A stretch of 64,000 nt of DNA from Arenicellales bacterium (GCA_965231905.1 CBDDOO010000002.1:138192-202191), one strand, 5' to 3'; shown: positions 1 through 10,200, counted from the first letter of the stretch. Notes: generated from the letters alone by a model not told the origin. Program-made: numbers and translations.

Positions 1-911
1 AAGGTGGGTAAGTCAGCATCGTCATTTGTTTGTGGTTTCTCGTTTTCCAACAGCTCTCTATCCAACTGCTCTTTTTCTAATTTTCTGGAAAGATTGCTCT
101 TTTGTTTTTTCAAACAACGCAGGAAAAAACCAAGCCAGGGTTGCCAGTCTGCCACTTCGGTTTTTAGAGTTGTCTGCGTGCGCCTTAAGGCTTTGTAATA
201 AAGGTCTTTGTGTTCTTCAACAATGCTTTCTAGCGACGCATAGGGCACATAGTCATAACCGGCACGCAATAGCATGAGTGTTATCAGGATACGAGACAGC
301 CTCCCGTTACCATCCTGGAAAGGGTGAATAGCAAGAAAAACCACGTTAAATACAGCGATAATTAACAAAGGGTGCATTGATGCTTCGTCAATGGCTTTGC
401 TTGTCCACCTAACCAGTTCTTCCATTTCCCTCGGGGTATCAAAGGGAGTAGTGGTTTCGAAAACAATACCGATTTCTACACCCTGTTCATCCGTGGCGAC
501 AACCTGATTGGAAAGAGTTTTGTAAGCACCCCGATGGCGTTCGTCTTTGGTACTGTGCCTTAGCAATACCTGGTGTAATTGCCGGATATGATTTTCAGTG
601 ATGTGCAAATCTTCATAAGCCTGGAATACCATATCCATAGCTTCGGCATAACCAGCCACTTCCTGTTCATCGCGGGTTTTAAATGAGGTGGAAGTAAGAT
701 TGGATAGCAGCGTCTCTATTTGGATATCGGTCAGCTTTGCACCTTCAATCCGTGTGGATGAACCAATGCTTTCTATAGTTGCGACCTTGTGCAGCTGCTG
801 AAGCCGCTCGGGGGACATTGTTTTAAGCAATTCCCACTTCCCCTTGAACTCATCCAGCTCTGCTATAAGCTGCAAGAATTCCTGGTTAATGGCTATTTTC
901 GGTTCTTTCAT
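1..911 (-). CDS. Fic/DOC-family protein (putative AMPylase); C-terminus lies beyond window start
   Basis: Not in the ORF track because there is no stop inside the window. My translation of the minus strand from ATG at 911 (GAGG 6 nt upstream) gives MKEPKIAINQEFLQLIAELDEFKGKWELL... and stays open to position 1. The canonical Fic motif HPFQDGNGR is encoded at 300-326. Confidence 0.8.
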   Translation of the reverse strand, partial: MKEPKIAINQEFLQLIAELDEFKGKWELLKTMSPERLQQLHKVATIESIGSSTRIEGAKLTDIQIETLLSNLTSTSFKTRDEQEVAGYAEAMDMVFQAYEDLHITENHIRQLHQVLLRHSTKDERHRGAYKTLSNQVVATDEQGVEIGIVFETTTPFDTPREMEELVRWTSKAIDEASMHPLLIIAVFNVVFLAIHPFQDGNGRLSRILITLMLLRAGYDYVPYASLESIVEEHKDLYYKALRRTQTTLKTEVADWQPWLGFFLRCLKKQKSNLSRKLEKEQLDRELLENEKPQTNDDADLPT

Positions 912-1180
912 TTCAGCCTCAGGCCACCCCTGTCTGTAAGGCGCCATACCCGATTTTATTACCTGATTATACCCGAAAATACCTGATTTGGTAGGCAACC
1001 AAGGGGCAAAAGTCAATTCGATAGATTATTCAGCCTTGTTCGCTCAAAAAAAGGAGGTAGATTAGATTGTGTCGGTATTTATGACGGTATGAAGTTAAAT
1101 TTAATTTAGTAAAAGGTCTATTAAACAAATAGTTATGGTTTCTATTCAAGTCCGGCCCCGTACCATTTGGGCGCTTCTGC

Positions 1181-1915
1181 CTATTCCTGTTCCACATCGT
1201 CCGCCATCTCAGCCAGTGTATTGAAATAAAAATCGTAATCCGGCCAGGTTTCCATCCGGGCCGTGGCTCCCCAATCCCCTTTTTCTTTCAAGCGCTGCCG
1301 GTCGATCCAGGCGTTGGCGAGTCCGAAAGCCCGCGCCTGCCGGTGGTCGTGAAACAGGCTTTGGGCCGTGTGCAGAACGCCCTCCCTGCGGATGCCGAAG
1401 TCAGCATGAAGCCGACTCAGCATATATTCAAAATTACGCGGGTCCGGTTTATAGCTGCCAACATCCTGGGCGGTATAGACGGCATCGAATTCGACTCCGA
1501 GCTTGCGGTTGGATGCGGCGAATCCAACCCGGTCCACGTTGGACAAAATCACCAGCCGGTAGCGCCGCTTGAGCCGGCGCAATGCGTCCGCGCTGTCATC
1601 GAAGGCCGGCCAATGGGCAATCGCGTCTGCGAATGCCTGATCCAGTACATCCGTTGACCGCAGGCCAAACCGCTCCGCAATCCGCCGGTGAGTGATTCTC
1701 AACATATCGCAATAGCGCCTGTCCGGCGCCTCCCGCTCAAGCGCATTCTCAATTTCAGCAAAGGCTCCAAGTCCGGCGCGGCGATCAATGCGCCCGACGC
1801 CATTGTCCATCAGGAGCGGCTGAAGGGCATCCCAGATACCCGTTTCCCAGTCAATCAGGGTTCCATAACAATCGAAAGTCAGTACTTCGTATTGATCAAT
1901 TTTTCGTGAGTTCAT
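1181..1915 (-). CDS. HAD-superfamily hydrolase, type II haloacid-dehalogenase-like
   Basis: ORF 1181..2023. The internal start MNSRKIDQYEVLTFDCYGTLIDWE carries HAD motif I (DxYGT). The 36 upstream codons overlap pheA and are discounted. Confidence 0.7.
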   Translation of the reverse strand: MNSRKIDQYEVLTFDCYGTLIDWETGIWDALQPLLMDNGVGRIDRRAGLGAFAEIENALEREAPDRRYCDMLRITHRRIAERFGLRSTDVLDQAFADAIAHWPAFDDSADALRRLKRRYRLVILSNVDRVGFAASNRKLGVEFDAVYTAQDVGSYKPDPRNFEYMLSRLHADFGIRREGVLHTAQSLFHDHRQARAFGLANAWIDRQRLKEKGDWGATARMETWPDYDFYFNTLAEMADDVEQE

Positions 1916-2765
1916 TGCGAAATGGATGAGATGGATAGGCGCCAAGAATCCGGACTTCAGTCGAGAAGAACTGCAATTCCTCCAGCGCTCTGGCAACGGA
2001 AGGATCGTCCGGATGACCCTCAATGTCCGCGTAAAACCGGGTGGCGGTAAACCGTCCTTCCAGTTGATAACTTTCCAGCTTTGTCATGTTTACATTGTTG
2101 GTAGCGAATCCACCCATGGCCTTGTACAGCGCTGCTGGCAGGTTTCGCACGTTGAACACGAAAGTCGTGATTACAGGCGAGTCGGACTCCGAATGGGAGA
2201 TACGGGCGGGCTCACGTGCCAGGACGATGAATCGCGTGACATTGTTCTCTGTATCCTCTATGTTCCTCTCGACGATATTCAGTCCGTACAGCTTCGCTGC
2301 GAGCGCCGGGGAGATCGCGGCTATGGAAGGATCATCCTGTTCTGCCACCTCCCTGGCTGCGCCTGCGGTGTCGCTCGCAACCCTGGAATGCCATCCCCGA
2401 TCACGTATCACACGTCGGCACTGGCCGAGCGCATGAATGTGACTATAAACAGACCGGATGTCGGAAGCGCTGACCCCGGGCTTCACCATTAACTGGAAAT
2501 GGATCGGCATGAAATACTCTCCAACAATATATAGATTGGATTCCGGGAGGATATGATGGATATCCGCCACCCTGCCGGCAATCGTATTCTCGATAGGAAT
2601 CATGGCGAAATCTGTCTCACCATCCGTTACCGAATTGAAGGCGTCCTCGAACGTGCGACATGGACAGGGATCCATTTCCGGATACATATTCCTGCAAGCC
2701 ATGTCAGAGTTAGCGCCATATTCGCCCTGGAAAGCGATTCGATTTGTTGGTGCGAAGGCAGTCAT
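1896..2765 (-). CDS. pheA: prephenate dehydratase (monofunctional)
   Basis: ORF 1896..2783. IAFQGEYGANSDMA..., TRFIVLAREP and a C-terminal ACT-like region are typical of PDT. ATG at 2765 is preferred over GTG at 2783. Confidence 0.85.
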   Translation of the reverse strand: MTAFAPTNRIAFQGEYGANSDMACRNMYPEMDPCPCRTFEDAFNSVTDGETDFAMIPIENTIAGRVADIHHILPESNLYIVGEYFMPIHFQLMVKPGVSASDIRSVYSHIHALGQCRRVIRDRGWHSRVASDTAGAAREVAEQDDPSIAAISPALAAKLYGLNIVERNIEDTENNVTRFIVLAREPARISHSESDSPVITTFVFNVRNLPAALYKAMGGFATNNVNMTKLESYQLEGRFTATRFYADIEGHPDDPSVARALEELQFFSTEVRILGAYPSHPFRNELTKN

Positions 2766-2892
2766 TGGGTACAACCATACCACACATGATAGAATTTACG
2801 ATGCTCAGGCGTCGATAAACGATCTTTATTGGACACTCCCGATGGCTTTATCCCCATCCAATCATTACTCACCCGGATTATGACAATGTTAA

Positions 2893-4088
2893 GGAAAGTC
2901 TGAACAATACGAGTTTTGGGGATTTTGGGTAGTCATTTTTGTAAATCCGGGATATGAGTGGGTCTGAAAGACAGAATGGCCCGGAATCAGTGAGCGGGAG
3001 CGGGGAAATACAAGCATTCTCCCCCTCTTTTCATTTTTCAGGCGTACGTAGCCTGCAGTTTCAACCGCCTTTGTCTCAACAGTACTTTCTTCGCCATCAC
3101 CAGATTGCTTAAGGCACAGGCCACAACCAGTCGATGCGTGTTCTTCTCCAGCCCCCGGTAACGAACCCGGGTAAAACCGAACTGCCGCTTGAGAATACCG
3201 AACTGATGTTCCACCTTCGACCGTATCCGGGACTTGGTTCGATTCTTCAAGCGCTCCTTCTCCGTCAATTTGCGGTAGCGCGTCCCCTTCGAATGAGTGA
3301 AATCCTTCGCCTCCGGCGCTACCTGTGAAATCACCGCCTTCTGACCCGTATAGGCCGAGTCTCCCCATACACGGGTCTCTTTCCCGTGCAGAAGTTCCGG
3401 CAGAACCTGTGAATCATGAACATTCGCCGGCGTAGCCACCACCGAATGAATCAGCTTGCTGCGACTGTCCACACCGATATGCGCCTTCATACCAAAGTAC
3501 CATTGCTGCCCCTTGCGCGTCGAGTGCATCTGGGGGTCTCGTTTCTTCTCCCGGTTCTTGGTCGAACTCGGTGCGCAGATGATGCTGGCATCCACGATCG
3601 TACCCCGATTCACCTTCAGTCCGTTCTCACCCAAATATTCATTGACCAGTCCGAACAATCGTTCCCCCAGGTTATGCTTCTCCATCAGATGACGAAACTT
3701 GCAGATCGTGGTCTCGTCGGGAGCCGGCTCCCGACCCAGGTCTATGCCCACAAACCGGCGCATCGACAACGAATCGTACAACGCTTCCTCGGCAGCCGGG
3801 TCCGAAAGACTGAACCAGTGTTGCAGAAAGTGAATCCGCAACATCCGGTCTATTCCAATCGGCCTGCGGCCTGCCCCTTGCGGTTTGGGATAAAAAGGCT
3901 CGATGACTGCATTCAACTCCACCCACGGAATGATTTGCTCCATCTCATCCAGAAAACGCTCCTTGCGCGTCTGTTTCTTGTATTTGTCAAATCCAGCTTC
4001 GGAAAAAGTACTCTGGCGCATCGGAAATATCTCCAGTCAGTATGAAGTACAAAAATTATACAATAGAAACTGATTAATCAGAGATTCC
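2893..4088 (-). mobile_element. IS5-family insertion sequence, copy 1 (1196 bp)
   Basis: Imperfect terminal inverted repeats: GGAAAGTCTGAACAAT at the left end and GGAATCTCTGATTAAT as the reverse complement of the right end. Flanked by a 4-bp TTAA direct repeat (2889-2892 and 4089-4092), which fits the IS5 YTAR target. Near-identical copies lie at 49066 and 50275. Confidence 0.9.
3038..4021 (-). CDS. IS5-family DDE transposase
   Basis: 327 aa. MRQSTFSEAGFDKYKKQTRKERFLDEMEQIIPW...FYPKP..GRRP...MLRIHFLQHWFSLSD...KFRHLMEKH...IICAPSSTKN...RDP(Q)MH.T.KG.QW.FGMKAHIGVD is collinear with E. coli IS5 InsH as I recall it. Confidence 0.92.
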   Translation of the reverse strand: MRQSTFSEAGFDKYKKQTRKERFLDEMEQIIPWVELNAVIEPFYPKPQGAGRRPIGIDRMLRIHFLQHWFSLSDPAAEEALYDSLSMRRFVGIDLGREPAPDETTICKFRHLMEKHNLGERLFGLVNEYLGENGLKVNRGTIVDASIICAPSSTKNREKKRDPQMHSTRKGQQWYFGMKAHIGVDSRSKLIHSVVATPANVHDSQVLPELLHGKETRVWGDSAYTGQKAVISQVAPEAKDFTHSKGTRYRKLTEKERLKNRTKSRIRSKVEHQFGILKRQFGFTRVRYRGLEKNTHRLVVACALSNLVMAKKVLLRQRRLKLQATYA

Positions 4089-4127
4089 TTAATTCCCCGA
4101 ACGAAAACCCCGGACCTGCGTGTCCGG

Positions 4128-4622
4128 ATGCTCAATGGCGATACTTTTGATCTCTCAAGCGAATCCTCAGAACGCGGTACTCTGGTCTGCTTTTATCGAG
4201 GACTACACTGCCCGATTTGCGCCAATTACCTGACCGAACTGGAAAAGAGGGTGGATGAGTTTGCCGAGCGCGGTGTCCATGTGATTGCTGTGAGTTCGGA
4301 TGAGCAGGACCGCGCACAGGCCATGGCAGATAAAATCAAGGCCGGCAGGCTTCGCTTTGGTTATGGTCTGGATTTGGCGAAAGCCAAAGAGTGGGGGCTT
4401 TATATCTCTACTTCACGGGGCAAGACATCCATCGGTATCGAAGAGCCTGCCCTTTTTTCCGAGCCGGGACTCTTTCTGGTCACGCCCGAGCAAACCCTGT
4501 ACTACGGATCAATACAGACCATGCCGTTCGTCCGCCCCCATTTTTCCGAGCTGATCGGGGCGCTCGATTTTGCGATCAAAAACAACTATCCCGCTCGCGG
4601 GGAATATGTGGGTGGTGTGTGA
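4128..4622 (+). CDS. peroxiredoxin-like (AhpC/TSA, thioredoxin-fold) protein; native 5' end severed by IS5 copy 1
   Basis: LVCFYRGLHCPICANYL redoxin-type motif. The frame is open upstream to the IS junction. The original first four codons (ATG ACA ATG TTA) sit at 2880-2891 on the other side of the IS. Confidence 0.65.
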   Translation: MLNGDTFDLSSESSERGTLVCFYRGLHCPICANYLTELEKRVDEFAERGVHVIAVSSDEQDRAQAMADKIKAGRLRFGYGLDLAKAKEWGLYISTSRGKTSIGIEEPALFSEPGLFLVTPEQTLYYGSIQTMPFVRPHFSELIGALDFAIKNNYPARGEYVGGV

Positions 4623-4696
4623 ATAGAGCGACCATTGATCCAGTATGGATACGGATTTGTAAACAGATATGAACAAGAAAGCGCATGAGGAAGATC

Positions 4697-5086
4697 ATGA
4701 AGTATGAAAGAACCGGCTTGATACTCTGTACAGAGAAGTATGATGAATGTGTGGCATTTTATTCAGATGTGTTGAACCTTCCGATATCCGGTTCTCTTGA
4801 CGATGAACATTCAAAACTTACGGTGTTGGGTCTGGGTGTAAATACCTATCTCATGATCGAACCCGGCGGAAAAGCGATTTCGTCCGGCAAAAATGCGACA
4901 CAAAATCCGGTATGGTTGAGATTCAATGTGAGAAGTGTAGACGACGCGGCACAGGAACTTCTCGAAAAAGGCGTGGAGGTAAAAATCAGGCGGGAGATAT
5001 GGGGGACAGTGGGTGATTTCATGGACCCGGATGGGAACAGGTGCTCGTTACGGGAAGAACCATCAGACGGGTTATTTAGCCTGTGA
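4697..5086 (+). CDS. VOC (glyoxalase/bleomycin-resistance/dioxygenase) family protein
   Basis: ORF 4685..5086. Small beta-alpha-beta-beta-beta type sequence with C-terminal FMDPDGN. GAGGAAG precedes the ATG at 4697. Confidence 0.6.
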   Translation: MKYERTGLILCTEKYDECVAFYSDVLNLPISGSLDDEHSKLTVLGLGVNTYLMIEPGGKAISSGKNATQNPVWLRFNVRSVDDAAQELLEKGVEVKIRREIWGTVGDFMDPDGNRCSLREEPSDGLFSL

Positions 5087-5145
5087 ACAAAAATCGGATC
5101 ATTAACGGCCGGGACTTACTGTTTTTACCTGATAGGGCTTCTCGG

Positions 5146-5910
5146 TCAGAACAACGCCGGATTTAATGGAGAAGCGGCGGTCAATCCTCCGTCTACTATA
5201 TAACATTGTCCGGTGACGAATCGGGATTCGTCACAAGCCAGCCATACGGCCAGATTGGCGACATCGGTTGGTTGGCCCATTCGTCCGGCTGGATGACGCC
5301 GCAAGGCATCCTTCCTGGCGTTGGAGGGGTTGTCTGCAACGTCGAATGCGGCATCCGCCATTTCGGTCAGAATCCAGCCGGGGGAGATCGCGTTGCAGCG
5401 GATGGCGGGTCCATGATCCACGGCGATGGACCGGGTCAGGCTGTGAACAAAGCCTTTCGACGCATTGTAGAGGGCCAGACCGGGGTCCGCCAGATTTGCG
5501 GAGATGGACCCGATATTGATAATCGAGCCGCCCGCTTTCATGTCCGGGATCATTTCCCGGCAGGTTAAAAATGTCCCCTTTGCGTTGACGCCCATCAAGG
5601 ACTCCCAATCTTCGTCTGTTGTCTCGAGTATGTTTTTTTCAATCTGTATACCGGCGTTGTTGACCAGCACACACATCGGTCCGAGCATTTCCCTGAAGCG
5701 CTGATTCAGGGCGATCACTTGATCGGTTCGGGATACATCGGCGGTCATCCAGAATACCGAATCAGGAAGGTCTGCCGGACGCTTTCCCCTTCCGCAGGTC
5801 ATCACTGTCGCGCCTTCCATTGCGAATCGATCCACAATCGCCCGCCCGATTCCTCTTGCACCGCCGGTAACCAGGGCGGTTTTACCAGACAGCAATCCGG
5901 TTGCTGTCAT
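5146..5910 (-). CDS. SDR-family oxidoreductase
   Basis: ORF 5146..5928. TGGARGIGRAI (TGxxxGxG), NNAGI and YNASKGF (YxxxK) motifs. ATG at 5910 is preferred. Confidence 0.85.
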   Translation of the reverse strand: MTATGLLSGKTALVTGGARGIGRAIVDRFAMEGATVMTCGRGKRPADLPDSVFWMTADVSRTDQVIALNQRFREMLGPMCVLVNNAGIQIEKNILETTDEDWESLMGVNAKGTFLTCREMIPDMKAGGSIINIGSISANLADPGLALYNASKGFVHSLTRSIAVDHGPAIRCNAISPGWILTEMADAAFDVADNPSNARKDALRRHPAGRMGQPTDVANLAVWLACDESRFVTGQCYIVDGGLTAASPLNPALF

Positions 5911-5938
5911 TATCTGTCCCCCCACCAAATCCGCTTTG

Positions 5939-5967
5939 CGGATTTGACTCCCCCTCGAGGGGGGAGT
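5939..5967. repeat. REP-like palindromic unit, copy A (CGGATTTGACTCC-CCCTCGAGGGGGGAGT)
   Basis: Hairpin ACTCCCCC/TCGA/GGGGGAGT. Its GGATTTG part is also the 3' arm of a second perfect hairpin, CAAATCCGC-TTT-GCGGATTTG (5926-5946). A related copy lies at 7175-7200. Confidence 0.6.
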
Positions 5968-5991
5968 ATCTGTGTTTTAAGTCCAGTTTTT

Positions 5992-6942
5992 TTATTGGAT
6001 CGGGTTCGGAGTTTCCACCCACGGTGTTCCTCGTCGAACAATCGCATGCAAGAGCAATAACATCTTACGCATGACGGCCACCAGGGCGACCTTGCCCGGC
6101 TTGCCGCGATCTCGCAAGCCCCGGTAAAAGCGTCGCAAGTCCGGATCATGACGAACCGCCGACAGCGCCGACATATACAGTGCGCGGCGCACCGCCTGAC
6201 GGCCTCCGCGAATACTCCGCTTGCCCTGATGCTGACCACTGTCCCGTGCCCACGGCGCCACGCCCACCAGGGCGCTCAAGGACTTGCCACAACCGCTCCC
6301 CAATTCCGGCAAATAAGCTAACAATACACCTGCCGTAACTTCCCCCACTCCTTTGACGCTTCGCAGCAACTCCGCTCGCCCGGCCAGATCGCCTTGCTGG
6401 AGCATTTTGCGGATCAGCCGGTCCAAACACTCAATCTCCCGATCCAGCCAGACAATATGACGAACACACGACTCCCTCATCCAATCGGGCGGATTCTTCT
6501 CCAACCGATTCTTCTCTCCAACCCGTTGCTCCACCAACTGCCTGCGACGATCCAGATGATCGCGTAAACAACGCACAGAACGCGATACAGCTTGACTCCC
6601 GGATAACTCCAGCCTCTCTCCATACCAACACAGCAAACGCGCATCCAACGCATCCGTCTTCGCTTGCAGACCCAGCGCATGGGCAAAGGCGCGTACCCGC
6701 GACGGGTGCACCCGAACCGTCTGTATACCCGCTCCCAGCAACCCATCCAGCAATCCCCGCTCATATCCTCCACTGGCTTCCAGTACCACCTGTTCGATCT
6801 CCTGTTCTTCGACCCAGGCCAATACCTGGTTCACCCCCAACAGAGTATTCTCAAAGACCTGAACCGAACCGGGTGACCGGAATACGTCCAAACGACTCTT
6901 GCCTACATCTATACCCGCTACTCTTTGAATAGATTGTTTCAT
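5992..6942 (-). CDS. IS110-family (DEDD) transposase
   Basis: ORF 5992..7104. The start MKQSIQRVAGIDVGKSRLDV is the typical IS110 N-terminus. The C-terminal half contains GVGEVTAGVLLAYLPELG and GKRSIRGGR. Confidence 0.88.
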   Translation of the reverse strand: MKQSIQRVAGIDVGKSRLDVFRSPGSVQVFENTLLGVNQVLAWVEEQEIEQVVLEASGGYERGLLDGLLGAGIQTVRVHPSRVRAFAHALGLQAKTDALDARLLCWYGERLELSGSQAVSRSVRCLRDHLDRRRQLVEQRVGEKNRLEKNPPDWMRESCVRHIVWLDREIECLDRLIRKMLQQGDLAGRAELLRSVKGVGEVTAGVLLAYLPELGSGCGKSLSALVGVAPWARDSGQHQGKRSIRGGRQAVRRALYMSALSAVRHDPDLRRFYRGLRDRGKPGKVALVAVMRKMLLLLHAIVRRGTPWVETPNPIQ

Positions 6943-7174
6943 TTCAAACCCCCTGTACGCTACAATCAAATCCTGCTCCCCACTTGTATTCGGGACTGGT
7001 TTTCCCAGGTATCTGTTCGGAGCAGAGAATCGGCGTGAGGGGTTTCCTACTCCCCCACGGTGCAAAAACAAAACACGTTCTTCACCTGTGATGACACGAA
7101 GCACCCCTCACGCCCCCCCGATACTTTGGCCTCAATATCAGGGAATTTCAATCATACAAGTGATGCGGTTGATT
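6943..7174 (-). ncRNA. candidate IS110 bridge (guide) RNA region in the non-coding left end
   Basis: Call rests on position only. IS110-subgroup elements encode a structured RNA in the long non-coding end upstream of the recombinase. I did not fold or align it. Confidence 0.3.
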
Positions 7175-7200
7175 CGGATTTGACTCCTTCGAGGAGGAGT
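7175..7200. repeat. REP-like palindromic unit, copy B (CGGATTTGACTCC-TTCGAGGAGGAGT)
   Basis: Shares CGGATTTGACTCC and the TCGAGG-centred hairpin with 5939-5967, in the same orientation. Confidence 0.6.
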
Positions 7201-7254
7201 GATTGACTGCCGTCCGGGAAACCAATCATACCCGGTGATTGCTCGCTGGCCAAT

Positions 7255-10200
7255 TTATACGGCCCGCATGGCGCTGGCCAGGTAATCCCAGACGTATTCG
7301 GTATAGCTCCATCGCACCTGAATGTCGAACGCGGGGGTGTCGCCGGTCTTGTGCAGGAGAATGCTGGCATGGCCGAATCGGGTCTGTGTGCAGTCGCCGA
7401 CGGTGAATTTCGCCAGATGCAAATCCAGTGGGCAGGCCCTCGAGAGCAACGCAATGGTGTCGGGTCCGGTAAGATGCAGGACTGTGTAGTAATCGGTGAC
7501 CTCTGTCACGGCATGGTGAGTGTCTCGGAGTTTCGCCTGCAGGGCTCTGACCATCGGGCCGGTCGCAGCCAGCGGGCAATGCAGCAACCACTCATCGGGG
7601 CCGGTCCAGTAGCAGGTCCGATCTGCTGACGCGCGTTGTGTGTTGGGTTGCAGGGGGAGTCGAATATCGAGTACGGATTCCGCGTTTGCCAGAAATTTCC
7701 GGTTTTCGGGGTCGCCGCGCAGATTGATCTTGCCGCGCCAGGGTTGTTCCCTGAGGCGGTTTCTGCCTTCAATCGGATCCAGGTTACAGGCGGGTGAGGT
7801 GGCCTGCCATCCGGTTAGTCCGGGTTTGTCGATTGACGCGGCGGATGCGGAACCATCCGCCGGACCACCGGCGGCGGGCGGTGTGGGCGCAGGTACAGGC
7901 GCGGGCAGGAATACGGGGTCGGTCACGGTCACCTTGTGGGCGCTGCCGTCCAGCAATGGCACATGGAGTACCTGCCCCTTGCGGGCAAAACCGTCCCTGA
8001 TCAGGGCCAGGGCAATGGACCGGCCCACATTCGGACTCATATAGCTGGAACTGATATGGCCGAGCATGTCCATCGGCGGCGCACTCTTTAATTCCTCAAC
8101 CACATGGGCGCCTTCCGGCAGTACCCGTCCGGGGTCTTCGGTCAACAGCCCGACCAGTTGTTTGCGGCCTGGTCGGGCGGTGTCCGAACGGCCAAACGAC
8201 CGCTTGCCGAGGAAGTCTGCCTTGGTCTTCGATACGATCCAGTCCATGCCGAGGTCCATCGGCGTAACAGTGCCATCGGTGTCCTGTCCCACGATAATGA
8301 ATCCTTTTTCGGCGCGCAGAACATGCATCGCTTCGGTGCCGTAGGGGTAGATTCCGTGTTTTCCCCCGGCATCCATCAGCGCTGTCCACAGGGCCAGGCC
8401 GTATCGGGCCGGGACGTTGATCTCGAATGACAACTCCCCGGTAAAGCTGATGCGAAATATCCGGGCGGGAATACCGGCGATTGTGGTTTCCTTCACCGAC
8501 ATGAACGGGAAGGATTGATCGTCCAGAGGCAGGTCAACCAGTTCGCCCAGCACGTGTACGCAAGCCGGGCCATTCAACGCGACCACCGCCGATTGTTCGG
8601 TCACGCTGGTGGCATGGACTTGCCACGCAGGCCATTCGGTTTGCAGCCATTCCTCGATCCAGTTCATGACCCGCGCCGCGCCGCCTGTTGTCGTGGTGAT
8701 ATGATAATGGTGGTCGCCGAGGCAGCTGGTTACGCCATCATCGAACACCATGCCGTGTTCATCCAGCATCAGACCATAGCGGCACCGTCCGGGGGCCAGT
8801 TTGCTCCAGTCGTTGGTATAGAGCATGTTCAGCAACCGGATGCAGTCCCGGCCTTTCAAATCAATCTTGCCGAGCGTGGAAGCGTCCAGTATTCCGCAGC
8901 TTTTTCGCACTGCGATACATTCACGCTGAACGGCGTCATGCATGGTTTCTCCTTCCTTCGGGAAGTAGCGGGGGCGCTTCCAGTCTCCGACATCTTCAAA
9001 AACCGCGCCGTGGCGGTGGTGCCAGTCATGTATCGGGGTTTTTCTCGTCTGCAGGAACAACTGCCGTCGATCATGTCCCACGATGCTGCCAAAAGTCAGT
9101 GGGGTGAATGGCGGTCGAAATGTGGTGGTGCCGACTTCGGGAACCGGGATACCGCGGATTTCAGACATTACGGCCAGGGCATTCAGATTCGATGTCTTGC
9201 CCTGGTCGGTTCCCATGCCGGTTGTGGTATAGCGTTTCAGGTGTTCCACTGACTGGTAACCTTCGCGGGCGGCCAGATGAATGTCGGCCACGGTCGCGTC
9301 GTTGTGCAGTTCATGAAAATGCTTTTTCCGGCCCTGTCCGATGGGATGATCGGTCGGCAGTATCCACAATGGCCGCAATCCCCCGGATGATTCAGACAGA
9401 TTCGTCTCCAGGAGGTTGACTCCGGTCGCCGGGGGCTGCGCCGACCCGGTTTTGAATCCCGCTTTGCCGGCCGCTTGGCGCCCTGCCTTGAACCCCTGGC
9501 TGAGGCAGTCATCCAGGCGATATTCTGCATTGCAGGCGCCGGCCATAATGCTTTTGTTACTGGCGGGCATTTGATCCGCGATGAAGCAGTGCAGATCGTC
9601 CAGATATTTGAGTTTTCCTTTCGCCTGACTGTATAAATGGATGGTCGGTGTCCATCCTCCCGCAACTCCGATCAAATCACAGGACAGACGTTGTTTGGGA
9701 CCGGTCACGGAGCCTCCATCCTCGCTGAGCGCCATGATTTCGACTCCTCTGATTTTACCCCTGGAATAGTTTACCCCAACAATGGTTTTACCCGGATGGA
9801 TAGTGATCCCCTGGTTTTTTGCCCGCGCCTGGGCCGCGGAGGCATCGTTTTCCCGAATGTCAATTACGTATACCGCCGCGCCGGCTTCCTGTATGTCCAG
9901 AGCGGTCTGCCAGACGCTGTCGTTGTTGGTCAGCAATGCGATGTTTCTTCCCGGCAACACGGCAAACCGGTTGATGTAACTGCGAATGGCGCCGGAAAGC
10001 ATGACTCCGGGCCGGTCGTTATCGGCGAATACCAGGGGCCGCTCAATGGCGCCGGCGGCAATCACGACCTGTCCGGCGCGGATTTTCCACAGTCTTTCTC
10101 TGGGGGTCTGGCCGGCGCTGTTCGGGCCAATATGTTGGTCAGGCTTCTGATTGGCTACCAGGAAATTGTAGTCGTAGTAACCGGTCAGCGTCGTTCGTGT

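Larger units (their letters stand above)
5968..7174 (-). mobile_element. IS110-family insertion sequence (boundaries approximate)
   Basis: DEDD-type transposase with about 230 nt of non-coding 5' end and about 24 nt of 3' end. No terminal inverted repeats, as expected for IS110. The whole unit sits between two direct REP-like copies. Confidence 0.6.

Noticed and set aside
4-277. Small plus-strand ORFs at the window start (4..198 and 26..277), plus 789..986
   Set aside because: They are antisense to the well-supported Fic gene and their composition is Cys/Phe/Ser-rich nonsense.
3416-4045. 209-aa ORF antisense to the IS5 transposase, present in all three IS copies (also 49589..50218 and 50798..51427), plus the 159-162-aa and 84-aa ORFs inside the IS
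   Set aside because: They are conserved only because the IS is repeated. The three substitutions in copy 2 are synonymous for the transposase but change residues in these antisense frames. No start or SD context supports them.
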